64,000 nt of DNA from Candidatus Thorarchaeota archaeon (GTDB taxonomy: Archaea; Asgardarchaeota; Thorarchaeia; Thorarchaeales; Thorarchaeaceae): positions 64,001-128,000 of the forward strand of contig DXJO01000008.1 in the NCBI GenBank assembly GCA_019057475.1, in the 5' to 3' direction. Both the position numbers and the translations under genes were made by a program. Below, piece by piece: positions 60,287 through 64,000 of this stretch (position 1 is the stretch's first letter; the number at the start of each line of letters is the position of its first letter). The notes below the pieces were generated by a model, which was given only the letters and a program-made list of their open reading frames with translations, did no database searches and had not been told where the DNA came from.

Positions 60287-61114
60287 TTGAAAACTAAAAT
60301 GAAACTGAAGAAGCATAACACGACTTTCGCCACTAAAATGGACTTGTTGGATGTGACAGCTGATAATCAGCTGGCGAAAGAGCTAATGGAATTGCACGAA
60401 AACAAGTGTCGTGTGTGTCAAGAGGATCGATTAAGCTGCACAGTGCGTCCTTCGTGCAAAAACAGGAATTTCCTGAACATGTTGATTGAACTGGGTATTG
60501 AACCTGAGGATCTCCCAAGTTTCTGTTACAGCCAGTATCTCAATCATGTCCAGAGGTTCGTTACGGAGCAGAAGGGACGCCGAATGATTGACCGCAGGCT
60601 TCCAATCAAAGATTTCCTCTCAGCACTGCGTGTGAGTTCGATTAGACACTTCACAACGAAGTTCAAGAAGACTTGGTCCAAGTCGGCCTTAATTCAAAGA
60701 AAGAATACCATGCTTGTGGCTGGTGACGGTCTGCTTTTCCACTTTGACTTTGCTCGCGGCATAGTCGTAATGAATCCCGTGCACGTAAAGATCAAAAGCC
60801 TTGAAGTGTTCAAGCTCTACGCAGACTTGTTCTCGAAGTACTATGACTTGAAGTCAGAGGTTAAGGATGTAACTCTGAACTGGTGGATACTCAGTATCGC
60901 GGTTGATGTTGAGGGCACTGTTGAGAGTATAAAGCCTGTAAAAAGCAAACTCTCTGGCAGTTTTGATGCTCTCAATGTAGAAGCATTTGAGAATGTCGTA
61001 AACATTCATGCTGAGGTCATTATCGATGAGAATCGGAAACCTCTCTTTGTGGATGACATTGAGAAGGCATTCACTGTGAGCTCCAAGCTGAGATTGGGCG
61101 AGATTAGTAACTAG
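60287..61114 (+). CDS. Hypothetical protein with N-terminal Cys cluster (possible metal binding)
   Basis: CRVC-x6-C-x5-C ... FCY. Confidence 0.7.
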   Translation: MKTKMKLKKHNTTFATKMDLLDVTADNQLAKELMELHENKCRVCQEDRLSCTVRPSCKNRNFLNMLIELGIEPEDLPSFCYSQYLNHVQRFVTEQKGRRMIDRRLPIKDFLSALRVSSIRHFTTKFKKTWSKSALIQRKNTMLVAGDGLLFHFDFARGIVVMNPVHVKIKSLEVFKLYADLFSKYYDLKSEVKDVTLNWWILSIAVDVEGTVESIKPVKSKLSGSFDALNVEAFENVVNIHAEVIIDENRKPLFVDDIEKAFTVSSKLRLGEISN

Positions 61115-61153
61115 GTAGTACAGTCCAGATTCTGAGTCTTGGACTGTCATTGG

Positions 61154-64000
61154 ATGGGATGCAATTTGACTGAGAATGCAGTTGTAGAATATATGCCTGT
61201 CTTGAAGGCGAATCTAGGTCTAACAGACCTTGAAGCCAAGGTTATGCTGCCCATTTACTTGGGCGGGAACATGACACCTGGCGCCGTCGCCATGATTTCG
61301 GGCGAGAAACTTCCCAGAGTGAATCGCACTCTGGGTAGATTAGAAAGTAAAGGATTTGTCGTTAAGGTCGAGGGTGTAGTGCCTATTTTCAGACCAGTTC
61401 CGGCAGTACTCTCCATGACTGGTGAGCTCAATTCTATGGTTGAGAATATCGAGGGATTGGCGCATGCCTCTCTCAGTGCATTGGACAACCAGATACAGCA
61501 AACTGAGGAGTCGGCTGTTGAGATTAGGGACACGCAAACCACAGCAAGTGAGCGCACAAGGACAATCCTAGAGAATTACGAAAACAAAATGCTTCAAACC
61601 GTGCTGAGTCAGGTAGAGCTAGTCGTCGATACTGCGACCAATGTCTTGACTGGGTACTCACAGAAAATCGAAGAAGCAGTGACAGGGCTGGACACGAGTC
61701 TGGATGACGCTCTGGGGATAAAGCTGGCGGACCTTCAAGCTGAACTGGATAAAAGCCAGATACAACTCAAGCAGGACCTCAAGGTGATATCCCGCGACTT
61801 TGACAAGGGCGTCAAACGGGAACGTGCGCCCTCACTAACTGCACTATCGGATTTCGATAAGAAAGTCCAAGCGCTCATCAAGAAGTCAAAGAACGCAGTT
61901 TCCACTGCACTCACAGACTCAGAAAAAGCAATTCAGAGTGTATCCCTTGATGTGTCCCAGAAGACAAGCTCACAGGTTCTTGGCACCATTGATAAGACTC
62001 TTGTAAATCTCGGTTCTTCAGCAGATTCCTTGACTGCATCTCTCGATCAGTTAGACAAAGATCTCAGTCAAGCATCAAGGGTCGCTCATGACTCACTCAC
62101 CTCTCTGATAAGTCAAACAAGATTGATGTCGAACGAGCAGGCGGATCTAACTCGCATAAAGATTCTCAATGCATTCAAGGTCACCGAATCTGCTACTGAC
62201 GCACTAGATTCCTGGAAAACAGATGTCAGAGGAATCATGGATGTTGCATCCCACTCCATGACCGCGCAGTTCGAGCAGGCGGCAGTGACAGAGCGAAACT
62301 ACCTAGATGCAAACAAGAATACACTTGTAGCCTATCTTGACAAGATTCGCACCATTGTTAGTGAGGAGTACAGCACTCTCCAGAGCTTGGCAGTGGCGAT
62401 TGACAGTGAGTTCGCCAAGCATCTCGACGAAACCAAAATATCGATGATGGGCTTATTCCGCAACGAGCTTGAGGCTGACGAAACAACCCTTGAGGTCGCA
62501 ACTGAGAAGCTACGCAAAGACTTGAACCGATGGTCAACTAAAACGGGGCGGTCAGTTAGAAGGAAAGCGTCGAAGGCTGGCAAAGAGGTGATCGAGGTTC
62601 TTGATGGCAAAATTGCTGAAGTAGACACCATGACCGAGAAAATGTTCAACGAGGTCAAGTCTTCGCTTGGTGCAGTCACCGCAACGGCGGGCACTAAGAA
62701 CGAAACAATTCTCACTGCCATTAATAAGAGCGCACAGAAATTCGAGAAAGATGTTGATGCTAAACTTGGGGGTGTCACTACACGTTTTTCCTCGATAGCG
62801 GACAAGTACGTCACTGGAGCGGGAGTGCTCTATGAAAATCTAAATACAAGATTCGACGACCGAGTCAGTCAGTCAGTCAAGTCCTTGAGTTCGAGCGTAG
62901 AGCGAGCACGACAAGAGATTGACACCATGATGGAAGACCAGATGACCAGAATTGATTTCCATGCCTCTGAGATTCGAAAGGAGTTCCACATGCAGGTTGA
63001 GGATATCTCAAGGCAGTTCATTAACATGACTCAAGGATTGGAAGCTGCTTTCGGAGGGCTTGTGGCGAGTCAGATAGTCGAAACACGCGATTTCATCGCA
63101 TCCACACACACCGAGTTCAATGCAGCTCTGAATGCTGAGATGAATGCTCTTCGAGATGATTCCGAGAAGCTCCAAGTCGGGTATTCCTCAGAGATGACTC
63201 AACGCATAGAGAATCTCCGAGATTCGGCGAGTGTAATGCGCAAGACCCTAGAAGAGCTTGCCAAGGAGAAACGGCTGGAGATGTCCTCCTCCATAGCGGG
63301 CACGCTAACTCAGCTTGAAAGTGCGACAAATGAAATACAGAAATCGCTTGAGAGCCTCGAAACAGATACGATTAAGGAAATCAATGATGACCTAGCAGAG
63401 TTCTCCGAGGAATTCACAGAGGCTCTTACGACGGCCAAGACGAACCTCACTGATCAGCTTTCAAATCTCAGTGAAGCAACTACAACCGACCTGGAGCGGG
63501 GAACAAAGCTTGTCAGGGACATAGCAGACTCTTACTTCACGGAGCACATGGATTCCCATCAGAGGCTTATCGCAAGCACGAGCAAAAAACTAGATTCACT
63601 CTCAACTGCCATAACTACAGGATCATCCCGTAAGGTTGAGGCGTTTCAAGCGAATCTTGCGAAGTCTGAGAAGACTGGACTACGTGGAAGGAATGCTGTG
63701 AAGACCGAGATAGCGGAAGCAATAGAGAACCATAGGACAGAAGCCAGTCAGGCGTTTGAGGGGGCTGCTGCGCGGGTTGATTCCGGTCTATCGAACACAG
63801 CTGATTCTATTACAATACTTGGTGACAAGCTCAACAACGACTTGATGGCGGTTCAGCAGCAAATCGCCCGGGCAGCCAACGATGCCGCGAAGCTTCTCGC
63901 AGAGAAGAGCCGCGAAAATTTAGAAATACTTGAAGAAACGGGAGTTTCGCTCTTCCAGAAGGCGGAGGATACTTTCCGGGAGCACGCTGTAACCTTTGGC
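61154..64000 (+). CDS. TrmB-type HTH fused to a very long helical/coiled-coil repeat region; runs off the window end
   Basis: LGLTDLEAKV...RVNRTLGRLESKGFVVKVEGVVPIFRPVP; start and window end are in the same frame (949 codons), and absence from the ORF track fits an ORF with no stop in the window. Confidence 0.8.
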   Translation, partial: MGCNLTENAVVEYMPVLKANLGLTDLEAKVMLPIYLGGNMTPGAVAMISGEKLPRVNRTLGRLESKGFVVKVEGVVPIFRPVPAVLSMTGELNSMVENIEGLAHASLSALDNQIQQTEESAVEIRDTQTTASERTRTILENYENKMLQTVLSQVELVVDTATNVLTGYSQKIEEAVTGLDTSLDDALGIKLADLQAELDKSQIQLKQDLKVISRDFDKGVKRERAPSLTALSDFDKKVQALIKKSKNAVSTALTDSEKAIQSVSLDVSQKTSSQVLGTIDKTLVNLGSSADSLTASLDQLDKDLSQASRVAHDSLTSLISQTRLMSNEQADLTRIKILNAFKVTESATDALDSWKTDVRGIMDVASHSMTAQFEQAAVTERNYLDANKNTLVAYLDKIRTIVSEEYSTLQSLAVAIDSEFAKHLDETKISMMGLFRNELEADETTLEVATEKLRKDLNRWSTKTGRSVRRKASKAGKEVIEVLDGKIAEVDTMTEKMFNEVKSSLGAVTATAGTKNETILTAINKSAQKFEKDVDAKLGGVTTRFSSIADKYVTGAGVLYENLNTRFDDRVSQSVKSLSSSVERARQEIDTMMEDQMTRIDFHASEIRKEFHMQVEDISRQFINMTQGLEAAFGGLVASQIVETRDFIASTHTEFNAALNAEMNALRDDSEKLQVGYSSEMTQRIENLRDSASVMRKTLEELAKEKRLEMSSSIAGTLTQLESATNEIQKSLESLETDTIKEINDDLAEFSEEFTEALTTAKTNLTDQLSNLSEATTTDLERGTKLVRDIADSYFTEHMDSHQRLIASTSKKLDSLSTAITTGSSRKVEAFQANLAKSEKTGLRGRNAVKTEIAEAIENHRTEASQAFEGAAARVDSGLSNTADSITILGDKLNNDLMAVQQQIARAANDAAKLLAEKSRENLEILEETGVSLFQKAEDTFREHAVTFG

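Overview
Gene-dense archaeal chromosomal window, most consistent with an Asgard archaeon (Thorarchaeia-like; inferred from the Rab-like GTPase, proteasome alpha subunit, archaeal D-aminoacyl-tRNA deacylase, MtrH/corrinoid genes, a reductive dehalogenase and giant C-terminally anchored surface proteins). It holds about 55 CDS, including tusA-iscS-iscU, a glycyl radical enzyme, four DNA methyltransferases, speA, larE and a pair of Cache-HAMP sensors. I saw no rRNA, tRNA, CRISPR array or transposase. The main finding is at 55859-56662 (minus strand): the ORF called there extends upstream through one in-frame TGA in a C-T-S-U (CxxU) context to an ATG, and a eukaryote-type SECIS-like K-turn hairpin overlaps its stop codon. 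This is a candidate new selenoprotein that does not look like a thioredoxin fold. Other highlights: a Cache-HAMP-TPR-vWA receptor paired with a Cache-HAMP partner lacking an output domain, reciprocal decay of a duplicated tandem Dam-Dam methylase, an AT-rich gene flanked by ~110-bp diverged direct repeats, an IscU fused to a TrxB-like domain, and a tandem beta-carbonic anhydrase-like protein. All assignments come from reading motifs by eye; no searches were run.
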